Origin: Octopus sinensis
Taxonomy: Eukaryota
Assembly: GCF_006345805.1 (NCBI RefSeq)
Contig: NC_043000.1
Span: 31,000,001 to 31,064,000 of the forward strand
Length of the DNA stretch: 64,000 nucleotides
Direction of reading: 5' to 3'
Part shown: positions 25,483-37,633 of the stretch, one piece after another
Layout: every line of letters begins with the position of its first letter
How positions within the stretch are numbered: the first letter of the stretch is position 1
Notes under the pieces: generated by a model
The model's database searches: none
The model's input: only the letters and a program-made list of their open reading frames with translations
What the model was told of the DNA's origin: nothing
Program-made: the position numbers and the translations under genes

Positions 25483-26481
25483 CTCAGTCATGTGCAAAAT
25501 CCATAATTTTGAGTGGAGGCGTTTAATCAGTTGAATTGACCCCATTTTATTTTATCCAGTTTGAGAGAATGGAAACCAAAGTTGACCCTAGTGGGATTTG
25601 AACTCTCATTTCTAATTTAAGTTCAAAGCCAGTAATTTTGAAAGGAGGGAGATTAGTCAATTATCCCTAATGAACCTCAGCACTTTACTTTATCGACCTC
25701 CGAAAGGATGAACACGAAACAGCAGAAATACCATAAAGCTAATTATACCAACTCAGCTAATTATAGCAACTTACCACTCTGACTTAAATGTACATAATGA
25801 GGAAGAGAGGGGGGGAAGGTAGTGATGACAATAGTTGTTGTTTAGCTGTTTAACCCAGGGTCAACCAGGACTGAGCAGACCTTATGATCAGGGATATTTT
25901 GGTTTTAGATATGTGTGTGTATGCATATATATATATATATTTATGTCAGGTCACTTTCGCGTGCTACTGGTAACATGTAACCCAGTACAACCTGTTGCAT
26001 GGTTGGGTCGTCAGCGACTAAACCGGCAACCCCACCAAGCTTGCTTGGTGAGGAGGGTGTTTATTGGACACACTGCGGGATGAAAAACAAAACCCGTCAA
26101 AGGGCGGAGGAACTGTCTTAAGGCTGTATCATGTGCAGGGACATAGAAATAATCGGACTGAATACTCGATCGCGTGGTTAAACCATTGGGAGTGAAGGAC
26201 TCCTAGCCTTTGTTAGGGCATCCTTCTAGAAGAAGGTAACTCAGGTAACTGAGATAACTCCAACATAAAACCTGCGGTTCAGTGGTTACCGATGATGTTG
26301 ACTTGTTCTTCTTTTTGGATTATGGCTGCTGTTGCTTAGTGAGTGGGATTGACTCAGTGCACAGCCTTTCCCCACTTTAAAAAAAATCTTCTTGCACAGG
26401 CATTGCACGATAACAACATTGATTAAGCTTCGTGCAATGGCCATACTCGATAACGAGGGGGCAGCCACCATATATATATAT

Positions 26482-27370
26482 CATCATCATCATCATTTAG
26501 CGTCCGCTTTCCATGCTAGCATGGGTTGGACGGTTCAACTGGGGTCTGGGAAGCCAGAAGGCTGCACCAGGCCCAGTCTGATCTGGCAATGTTTCTACGG
26601 CTGGATGCCCTTCCTAACGCCAACCACTCCGTGAGTGTAGTGGGTGCTTTTTACGTGCCACCAGCACAGGGGCCAGAGGAGGCTGGCAAACGGCCACGGT
26701 TGGATGGTGCGTGCTTCACCACCTCGTCCCAGGTTTTCCTGGGTCTACCTCTTCCACAGGTTCCCTCAACCGCTAGGGTGTGGCACTTTTTCACACAACT
26801 ATCTTCAGCCATTCTCGTCACATGACCATACCAGCACAAACGTCTCTCTTGCACACCGCAACTGATACTTCTTAGGTCCAACTTTTCTCTCAAGGTACTT
26901 ACACTCTGTCGAGTATGAACACTGACATTACACATCCATCGGAGCATACTGGCTTCATTTCTTGCGAGCTTACGCATATCTTCAGCAGTCACAGCCCATG
27001 TTTCACTACCATGTAGCATGGCTGTTCGTACACATGCATCATAATACAGTCTGCCTTTTACTCTGAGCGAGAGGCCTTTTGTCACCAGCAGGGGTAAGAG
27101 CTCTCTGAACTTTGCCCAGGCTATTCTTACTCTAGCAGTTACACTTTCAGCACCCCCACCCCCACTACTGACTTGGTCACCTAGGTAACGGAAGCTATCA
27201 ACTACTTCTAGTTTTTCTCCCTGGAATGTGGTAGAAGTTGGTCTCTGAGCATTTTCAGTGTTTATTGCTCCTGAGCATCTGCCACAGACAAAAACTATTT
27301 TCCTAGTTAGCCTTCCTTTGACATTGCTGCACCTCTTATGTGTCCATAGCTTATACTTGGTGCATCTTAT
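26482..27370 (-). mobile_element. RTE LINE 3' fragment, well preserved, with an internal deletion
   Basis: ORF 26651-27394: HKRCSNVKG...FRYLGDQV...LHGSETWA...RRLCWYGHV...GRGRPRKTWDEVVKH, fused directly to the tail. Confidence 0.9.
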
Positions 27371-27497
27371 ATATATATATATATATATATACATATATCA
27401 ATACAGATAAAGTGTGAAATATAATTAATTTAATAAAATCAACAAATTTCACCAAGTAGTGTTTCAGTATGGAAAAGGACCATATTCGGTAAAAGTT

Positions 27498-27732
27498 TAT
27501 ATAATTATAACAAAGAGGGTCTTCGCAACATGTACGTCCATAATTGACCGTGGACTGTTTGATTTCGTTATTTTCCTTCTTTTGTTGCTATGTAGTGAGT
27601 TGAAAATACTGTTGTCTGTGGAGACATATTTTTGTAGTAAAAGAAATAACAGTCCTCTGGCTGCTATTTCTAATACTTTCAGTATGTGGTCTAGCAACTT
27701 GTTGCGAAGACCCTCTTTGTTATAATTATATA
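27498..27732. repeat. Perfect 33-bp inverted repeat flanking 169 bp, ending in TA runs
   Basis: TATATAATTATAACAAAGAGGGTCTTCGCAACA at 27498-27530 and its reverse complement at 27700-27732. Confidence 0.7.
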
Positions 27733-28329
27733 TATATATATATAACAAAGTGAAGCTGTAAGGTACCACACGAGTGGGATTATATATGAAAGAAGGTTTG
27801 AAAATGCAATTTTAAAAGATGTTTATTCACTTGACCGGTTTCACTTTTTTTAGAAAAATATTGTCAAAAGTAAAATGTAAAAGCTTTGTTGTGTTAGGTA
27901 CTGGTTGTCACAAAATATTACTATACATATATACATTCTTTGATAATAATAAGAACATGTTAAAAACAGTTTACAAGGAAAAATCTTGGGAAAATATTAA
28001 AAAATTAAAAAGTTCATTAAAATATTAGACACAAAAGATTACAATACATATATACATTCTTTGATAATAATAAGAAAATGTTAAAAACAGTTTACAGAAA
28101 AAATTATTACAAAGTTCATAAAGAATATTGGGATTTCATTAGAAATCATGTTTGTTTGGAAGTATCTATATATATACACAGAAAATTATAAGTTCAAAAA
28201 GTTTTGAATATACTACCATCATGGCATTCCCGCATTATTATTATCATTCTTCTTCTTCTTCTTCTTCTTCTTCTTCTTCTTTTTATGCAGGTAGAAACCA
28301 CTAAGAGAGCAGAGTTGAGAACAGTGAAA

Positions 28330-29865
28330 CAGACAGTTCCATAACAGTTTTTGACAGGGTCCTTGCTCCCTCATCTTGTGATCAATACAGATGAATGTTT
28401 AGTGAGAGCTGTACAAGCCATGTACAGGGATGGTGCCACTAAGGTGAAGGTTGGCAATGAGTATAACAAGGAATTCAGTGTACAGGTAGATGTTCACTAA
28501 AGATCAGTTTTCAGCTCCCTCTTGTTTATCATAATCCTCCAGGCCGTAACAGAGGAATTCAAGACTGGCTGCCCCGGGGAGATCCTCTATGCTGATGACC
28601 TTGTTCTTATTGCTGAATCACTACCTGATCTAGAGAAGAAATTTCAGGTGTGAAAGCAAGGCCTGGTATCTAAGGGCCTTAGAGTCAATTAAGCAAAAAC
28701 CAAAATTTTAGTAAGTAAGAAAACAGACAAATCACAAGTCTCTTCAAGGAGAAGGCCCTGCTCATTATGTAAGAAGGGTGTTGGTTGAAAGTCCATACAT
28801 TTTACCCAGTGCAAGCTTTGGATATATAAAAGGTGTAACAGTATCACAAGAGGGTTAATGGAGAAAATAGTCTTTGTGTGTAGCAAATGTGTGGGTACAA
28901 TAAATACTTCCTTCAAATGCTCAGTGGGATCATGAGAAGCAGTAGATAGCTTCTGTTACCAAGGAGACCTAGTGAGCAGTAGTGATGGAAGTTTTGAAGG
29001 TATAGTTGCTAGATTTAGAACTGGCTGGGTGATGTTCAGAGAGCATCTAACTTTGTTGGTAATTAAGGCACTCTCCTTCAGAGTGAAAGGCAGATCATAT
29101 GATGCTTGTGTACAAATAGTTACGCTACATGGCAAAGAAACATGGGCCTTGACTATAGAGGACTTGTGAAGGTGTGAAAGAGATGAAGCTAGCGTGCTCT
29201 GCTGGATGGGTAATTTCAGTGTTTATGTACAACAGAGTGTAAATGATTTGAGAAGAAAATTGGGTATGAGACATTAGATGTTGTGTGCAAGAGAGAAGAC
29301 TGTGCTGGTTTGGTCATGTAATGCATATGGATGAGGTCAGCTGCATAAGGAAGCAGGGAACCTGTAGAAGAGGTAGACCCAGGAAGACGTGGGACAAAAG
29401 GATTTTCAGATGCTGGGCCTCACTGACGAAATAACAAGGGACTACGAGAACCTGTGGGAGGGGTCGACCTAGGAAGACGGACAAAGTGGTGAGCAAAAAT
29501 CTTCAGATGCTGGGCCTTACTGAGGGAATGACAAGGAACTGGGAGTGGTGGCGATTTGCTGTATTTGAAAAGATACATCAAGATAAGTAAAATCACTATC
29601 TTCCATATGTACAGGCTTGTTCTTTCATGTAGCAGTGCCACATGAAAAGCATTCGTACTGGAGCTGAATAAACACACCTGTGTCAGTGGCACATGATTAT
29701 CACAGAGTGTACTCTGTAAAGGGGTTGGCATTAGGAGGAATATCCAATGTAGAAACCATGCCACAACAGACAATTGGAGTCTGGACAATACCTCAGCTGG
29801 CCAGCTCCTGTGAAACTGTCAAAATCATGCCCGCATGGAAAATGGACGTTAAATGATGATGATGT
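28330..29865 (+). mobile_element. Degenerate RTE LINE with tail
   Basis: Same ORF2 motifs, an internal duplication near 29350-29520, and a (GAT)n end. Confidence 0.8.
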
Positions 29866-30232
29866 AATTATTTTTTTTCCCAAATAAATTGCACTTCATA
29901 TTCATGGTTCCACTGAAGCTATAGGTTGTTTTTTAGGCACACAACTATGAGTCCACTGCATCCTATAGCAGAAACAGCTGTAAGCTAATGGTATTCATAA
30001 CATAACCATTGCTTTTCCTGTGTCATCTCTTTTTTCCATATATCATCATCGTTTAAAGTCCGTTCTCCATGCTAGCATGGGTTGGACGGTTCGACCGGGG
30101 TCTGGGGAGCCCGAAGGCTGCACCAGGCTCCGGTCTTATCTGGCAATGTTTCTACAGCTGGATGCCCTTCCTAACGCCAACCACTCCGTGAGTGTAGCGG
30201 GTGCTTTTTACGTGCCACCTGCACTGGTGCCA

Positions 30233-30276
<44 letters not shown>

Positions 30277-33200
30277 GTATGTATGTATGTATGTATGTAA
30301 GTGTGTGCATATATATTATATATATGTGTATGTATGTGTATATACATGTCTTTGTGTTTGAGTTTGTCCCCTACCCCCATGCCATCAATTCTAACTGGTA
30401 TAGGTTTGATTACATCTCTGTAACTTATTAGTTTGGTAAAAGAGACCAAGAGAATACATACTTCAAAGTACTGGGGGGGGGACAATTTGTTCAGCTAAAC
30501 TCTTTAAGGCGGTGCCCCAGCATGGACATGGTCCAATGATATAAACAAATGAAGATATATCATCATCATCATCATCGTTTAACGTCCGTTCTCCATGCTA
30601 GCATGGGTTGGACGGTTCGACCGGGGATCTGGGAAGCCAGAAGGCTGCACCAGGCTCCAGTCTTATCTGGCAATGTTTCTACAGCTGGATGCCCTTCCTA
30701 ACGCCAACCACTCCGTGAGTGTAGTGGGTGGTTTTTACGTGCCACCTGCACAGGTGCCAGGCGAGGCTGGCAATGGCCACGGTCGGATTGGTGTATTTTA
30801 TGTGCCACCGGCACGGAAGCCAGTCGAGGCGGCGCTGGCATCGGCCACGAGTCGGATAGTGCTTTTTACGTACCACCAGACCAGGGATCCTGGCTGGTTC
30901 AATTCGATTTCGCTTTATAGATATATATATCTATTTTATTTCGCTTTATAGATATATATATCTATTTTATTTACTACTTTCCCCATCTCCTCTTTCTCTC
31001 ACTTGTGCTATATCTCACCTTCCAACTGTTAGACTGATCACTGCTTAATTCTTCTCCTTTGCTATCATACTTTTCTCTCCATCTTTCATCATCTCTACAG
31101 CAATTCAACTGCAAACACTAACCAATGACAAGGAGAACAATTGACCTATATAGATAAAATTATATCTATATCCTGGAAACCTATATATGCTTCAAACCAG
31201 TTACAGTGGACTCATAGCAGCGACCATGGTGCATTTGGAGCTATGAAAATTTTGACACCTAGTAATAAATGTTAACAGTCTTCTGGTATTTTCGAATGGC
31301 TAAGTGTCTTCTCTGCTGAAATTGTTTTTAGTTTCAGCACAAGGTCTCTCAGATCTAACCACTTGGAATACAAATACATCTCAAAAACTAAAGATTTAAT
31401 TACTCTAACCTCATACAGTTCTTCAGATCTCTAGGCCTCCACCACATCCTGTTGCTTCTTTTCTTCAGAGTTACAAATAAAATTTTTTTTTTTTTTGCAT
31501 GAGAATTGACTAAACAGATTTAGATTACATCTACACAAGGTTTCAAATACTAGGAGTAGAGAGATATATAATTGTATGTTAATTGGATAACTAATTAACT
31601 CAGCTCAGTGAGATCTTAATATAAATTTAATGAGGCAAATTTTATCATGTTGGTTACTTCATAAGTAGTTTAGTAAATTATTCACATTTATGTAATTAGA
31701 GAGAGAGAGAGAGAGAGTATAGAAGGGATAAGTGATCTTGGTGGATACTGTATTACCTCTCAAATTAGTTTAGACTAGCACTATGACCCAGCAACGCCGG
31801 GTCATAGTGTGGCCAATGTCAGTGCTGCCTGACTAGCCCCTGTGCCGGTGGCATGTAAAAACACCTGCTACACTCTTGGAATGGTTGACATTAGAAAAGG
31901 CATCCAGCTGTAGAAACCTTGCCAGAATAGATTGGAACCTGGTGTAGCCTCCTGGCTTGCCAGTCCTCAGTGAAACTGTCCAACTTATGCCAGCATGGAA
32001 AGTGGATGTTAAATGATGATGATGATGATGTCTGTATGTTTGTATGTATATTTGTGTGACTCTGTGTGTGTGTGTGTGTGTGTTGCTTTGACATCACATC
32101 AGATCATGGGGAAATATTAACTTGCTTAGAAACAGATAAGATTTGGTGACAAGATGGACATCAGGCTGTGTAAATCCACCTTGATAAAATTCTGGCCAAC
32201 CCAAGCAAGCATGGAAAACTGGATGTTAAATATATGATAAAGCTGATGAATGACGAACTTTTTTCACAAAGCTTTGGTCAGCCTAAGGCTAGAGTAGAAA
32301 ACACTTGCCCAAGGTGCTATGCAGTGGGACTGAACTCAAGGTCACATGGGTGGGAAGCAAGCTTCTTAACCGCACAGACTCACATTGCAGCTAGCTTTTC
32401 TGGTACCATACCAAAAATGGGGGTGTATGAATGAGACACAGGTCCTCTAATGCCTCTGAAAAGTCAATTATTCCAAATAAGAACTGACTTGAATGATTTG
32501 GGAGTAGAAAGGGACTTTTAAAAAATATAATCAACATCAAAATAAAAATCAAATAGAAATTGTAGTTGTGATACCCGTGCTGGTGACATGTAAAAAAACA
32601 CCATCCAAACGTGGCCGATGCCAGCGCTGCCTTGACTGGCATCCGTGCCGGTGGCACGTAAAAACCACCAACCAATTGTGGACATTGCTAGCCTCCTCTG
32701 GCCCCTGTACTGATGGCATGTAAAAAGCACCCAGTACATTCACGGAGTGGTTGGCATTAGGAAGGGCATCCAGCTGTAGAAGCACTGCCAGATCAGACTG
32801 GAACCTGGTGCAGCCTCCTGGTTTCCTAGACCCTGGTTGAACCGTCCAACCCATGCTGGCATGGAAAACAGACATTAAACGATGATGATGATAACGAAAA
32901 AAACTTCAAAATGAATTCTTCACTGTTTCTTGGTGCTTTAGACCAATGTCAGAGGAAGAAATGTGCACTTGGCCCTTTTCTAAGACAGGTAGGAAAAAAA
33001 GGAATAAGTCATTATCAAACTGGGTTCCTGATGTAAATGCTTGCAATAGAGTGGGCTCCACTAAAGGCATCAAAGAACCAGGAGTCTGTGTGTGTGTGTG
33101 TGTGTGTGGCTGGGAGTGGAGTTAGATTAAGCAACAGTTTATGTCTACCACCCAAGAACAACAATAATTCCTTCAAATAAATTTCCAAACCACATTTAGA

Positions 33201-35999
33201 CAACAATGCTTTGATTGACTCAAAGTAGCAGAAGACACTTGTCCAAGGGGTCATTAGTGGGCCTGAACCTTAAACGACACGGTTGAGAAGCAAGCTTTTT
33301 AAGCTCGCCATCTCACACATGTTTATTTAGATCCATTTCCTCTACAAGACTCTCGACAAGAGACACATTTGGAGTTGCACAAAAGCTAAATTTTCAAATG
33401 TCATTTATGGAAATATTTAGGGATAAATTCTATGAACTTAGACTGGCACCAATTTCTAAATGCTGCTGATTCTTAGCATAGTTTAGATGTTCCACAGCAG
33501 AACTGTATAAATGTCAGCAGTTGTTCTCTTCAAAAACTCTACTTACGATTACCAAACCTAGTCTAATGCCTGCTGTTGTTGCTTAGTCCCAACCACCACC
33601 ACCACCACCACCACCACAACCACCACCGTCCTCGCCGCTTCCACTGTCCTAAACTGGAAAACCAACGTCTCGTATTTACTTCCTCTTGTTATATACGCAA
33701 TTTGGCTCGATTGTTCCCTCAGTGCTTTTTCTATTTTTCCGTTTCCACCTGTTCAAACCTCTTATTCTCCAAGGAGTGTACCTTGTAGGTGATGCTCTTC
33801 TTTTCCATGTTCTCCATAATTCTTTTAGGCGGTGACAACTTCTCATTGCTGCCCACCTTTGTATCATCTTGCCATACTCCTTCGGTCTAGTCAGGTTCAC
33901 TTCCTTTCTCTTAACTTCCGCAAAGCTCCTTGTTTTTCCCAGTATTTTATCCATTTTTTCCACCACCTTCACAAGCTCCTCCTCTGCTGAAGACAACTCA
34001 GACCTACTAAGGTCTGAGTACATTATCTCTCAACGCAGCAACAAAAACCAACGTCCGGCACAAACGACAAACCAAATGTATTCTGGGTAACTGGAAGTAA
34101 GCAAGCTACTTACCTGTTTCTTTACTACCCACAAGGGGCTAAACGCAGAGGGGATAGATAAACGGATTAAGTCGATTATATCGACCCCAGTGCGTAACTG
34201 GTACTTATTTAATTGACCCCAAAAGGATGAAAGGCAAAGTCGACCTCGGCAGAATTTGAACTCAGAACGTAACGGCAGACAAAATATGGCTATGCATTTC
34301 GCCCGGCATGCTAACGCTTCTGTCAGCTCGCCGCCTTAAAGAAATATGTTAAGCGAGCTACTTACCACACAGCCACTCCTGCACCTAGGGTTAGGGGATA
34401 TGTACAAACCATGCACGTTACTACACACCACACCCTAGAAACAGCTGTAAAGGATTACATGTATTCTGTGCTCTCTAATTTGTGAAGTTTGTGCTCTCTG
34501 GATATTTACCTATCTATCCAGGGTACACACTTACTCAGCTTCTCCTCTCTTTTATCTGTGACATTATTGTCTGAACTTTCAGAATTTATACCTACCTATG
34601 AATAATTACTATGAGCTTTCACTTTCCTATTTTGCTGCTTCATCATCATCATCGTTTAACGTCCGTTTTCCATGCTAGCATGGGTTGGACGGTTTGACTG
34701 AAGTCTGGGAAGCCAGGAGGCTGCACCAGGCTCCAGTCTGATCTGGCAGTGTTTCTACAGCTGGATGCCCTTCCTAACGCCAATCACCCCGTGAGTGCTT
34801 TCTACGTGCCACTGGCATAGGTGCCAGGGAAGGCTGGCAACGGCCACGATTGGTTGGTGCTTTTTACGTGCCACTGGCACGGAAGCCAGTCAAGGTGGTC
34901 CTGGCATCGACCAAGATCTGATGGTGCCTTTTATGTGCCCCCGGCACAGACTTCTGTATACCCATTTTGTAAAGGCCTTGATGTCATTAACACCTGTATG
35001 TCCATCTCTCTTTGTATTGCACTGCTGTTAACTCAACCGGTACATTGACAAAAGCTTACTTTTGTTTGCCTGGATTCCACTCCTCTCTTTGTTTGGTGTT
35101 GGAATTTTGGTATATGGTCTGATCTGAGTGCTATTGTGTCTTTGATGTAGTCTTACCTGACATTCCGTGATGGTTGTAAGCAAGTAACGCCATCATACGA
35201 GAGATGTTATTCATTTCCCTCTCTCCCGGGGAAAAACGTCTAGCTACAGGGGGGATATTACCTTTCTTGGAAACAAATAAGGATGGTGACAGAAAGAGCT
35301 TCTGGTTGTAGAAAATCTGCCTCAATGAAATCCGTCTGAACCATGAAAACATGGACTTGTGGGCGTTAAACGATAGTGGTGATGATGATAGAATAGATAT
35401 ATGTTATTTACACTATTAAATTACGAAATATCTTACGAAGTAGCTTGTAGTACAGTGCATTAGACACTAAAATGTTATAAACACACAGGAAATCAGTTAC
35501 ATTTATGTAACCACTTTAACAACTTTTCAAGAGAAATAAAATTGTGTTCCCTTTAACCGAATATGCTTTCATTAAGAACAATTCTTAGCCTTGTATATGT
35601 ATATATTCATAGTATTTAGGCAGCTAGCTGGCAGAAACGTTAGCGCGCCGGGCGAAATGATTAGCGGTATTTCGTCTGCCGTTACGTTCTGAGTTCAAAT
35701 TCCGCCGAGGTCGACTTTGCCTTTCATCCTTTCGGGGTCGATAAATAAAGTACCAGTTACGCACTGGGTCGATATAATCGACTTAATCCGTTTGTCCCCT
35801 CTGTGTTTAGCCCCTTGTGGGTAGTAAAGAAATAGGTATTTTGTCTGTCGTTACGTTCTGAGGTCGACTTTGCCTTTCATCCTTTCGGGGTCGATAAATA
35901 AAGTACCAGTTTCGCACTGGGGTCGATGTAATCGACTTATTTCCTTTGTCTGTCCTTGTTTGTCCCCTCTGGGTTTAGCCCCTTGTAGGTAGTAAAGAA

Positions 36000-36408
36000 A
36001 TATATATATATATATTTATATTATTTTTTATAGGCAGAAGTTACTAAGTAGCTCAAGGGTCAAGAGTTCGCACATAGCACGTGTCATACACGCAACTCTC
36101 GACTGTTGAGTATCTTGTAACTTCTATGAATTTAAAATAGTGTTAAAAAATTTGTACATATTCATGTTTTGAGTTCTATTTTCTCTTTTTACTTCATAAA
36201 ACCTATATATATATATATATTTATATTATTTTTTATAGGCAGAAGTTACTAAGTAGCTCAAGGGTCAAGAGTTCGCACATAGCACGTGTCATACACGCAA
36301 CTCTCGACTGTTGAGTATCTTGTAACTTCTATGAATTTAAAATAGTGTTAAAAAATTTGTACATATTCATGTTTTGAGTTCTATTTTCTCTTTTTACTTC
36401 ATAAAACC
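36000..36408. repeat. Near-perfect 205-bp direct tandem duplication bounded by (TA)n
   Basis: Units at about 36000-36203 and 36204-36408 are identical on inspection. Confidence 0.9.
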
Positions 36409-36639
36409 TATATATATATATATATATTTATATATGTGTGTGATGACTAAGCCGAGTCGATGAGATTTTAGCGACCCTATTTCGAACAACTAATTCTCAA
36501 CAGTAACAGGACTAGTAAAGTCACACCACATCGCCCGATTAAAACAAAAGACGAACAGACTGTTATAATAATGTTTATATTTAGCAACACAAGTGTTTCT
36601 GGGTTATTAAATCTCCACCCATTTCCTTCTGTGCGGGGT

Positions 36640-36705
36640 TGCGATTTCCGGTATGTCATCACATCTTTCAACCAATCAGAACCGTTAGATTTAAACAGTG
36701 ACGAG
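36640..36705 (+). promoter_or_regulatory. Promoter with ETS-like, CCAAT and CHR-like elements
   Basis: TTCCGG at about 36646, AACCAATCAG at 36670-36679 and TTTAAA at 36690-36695, followed by gagATGGCGG (YY1/Kozak-like). Locally raised CpG content. Confidence 0.55.
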
Positions 36706-36727
36706 ATGGCGGATAATATGAATTCGG
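36706..36727 (+). CDS. First coding exon (MADNMNS+G) of a large + strand gene
   Basis: ATGGCGGATAATATGAATTCGG is followed by the strong donor GTAAGA at 36728; phase 1. Confidence 0.6.
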
Positions 36728-37383
36728 GTAAGAATCACCTTTAATTATTTTCTTCACTAAAACGACGACAAACCATAGAAGAATTTAAAAGCAATAAATA
36801 TATACATATTGATATAATTGATAATCAATAGTCACGTTTTGATTTTTGATAACGATATTGTTTAAAGCAAATCAAACGAACGTGCAACTGTCTTCATTAA
36901 TCTCAATGAATGACAATACTCGGAATTCGTTGTTTATCAAATTACTTTTAATTCGTTAATCTTTTTCGTTAATTCTATAATATTAAATAGGATTCCAGTT
37001 TCTAATTCCTTATAAATGTTTATTATCCACACTGTTTTCTAACTTACAAGTTAAAAAAAAAACCCACCAAAAACGACACAATTCAAGTGAAATCTTTGCC
37101 GTCTGCAACTTGGAAGTTTTGTTTTTTTCTAATTCATTTTTTTCTACTTGTTGATAATGGAAAATGTTTGTGATGTTTATTTAGCAACATTCTGGCTCCT
37201 ATTCTGATAGTAATAATAATGTTCCTCTTCGTTTTTTTTTAAGAAACAAAAACTTGTGTTCTGTTTTTGCATATCTCGTCCACCTCTGTTTTTAGGCCAC
37301 CTCTTTTGTATGTATGTAGTGTGTGTGTGTGTATATGTATATATATGTCTGTCTTCATGGTTCACACACAGAAATTAGAGTTT

Positions 37384-37633
37384 GGTACTACTCGAGAACA
37401 GTGGTCCCGGTGCGCGCACTCGCGTAGTCGCGCATCCACGCTAGCTAGTCGTAGATAGTCGATCCTATAACGACTACCTAGCAAAGTAAATAAAACACAA
37501 AATAAATAATTTTTTTACACAAAGTAAATAAAACACAAAAACACAAAGTAAGGATCAACTAGTCATGACTAGCTGGCGCGGATGCGCGAGTTCGCGAGAG
37601 CGCGCATCGGGACCACTGTTCTCAAGTAGTACC
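37384..37633. mobile_element. MITE with long GC-rich TIRs and 9-bp TSD (Mutator-like)
   Basis: TIR GGTACTACTCGAGAACAGTGGTCCCG... / ...CGGGACCACTGTTCTCAAGTAGTACC. TSD TTAGAGTTT at 37375-37383 and 37634-37642. Confidence 0.85.

Noticed and set aside
33676-34023. 115-aa charged ORF on the - strand
   Set aside because: No recognisable domain or convincing splice sites, and the alternative frame also stops. It is probably a degraded repeat ORF.
36477-36671. Divergent ORF at the promoter
   Set aside because: Short, with no homology cue or splice donor. A divergent non-coding first exon cannot be excluded.
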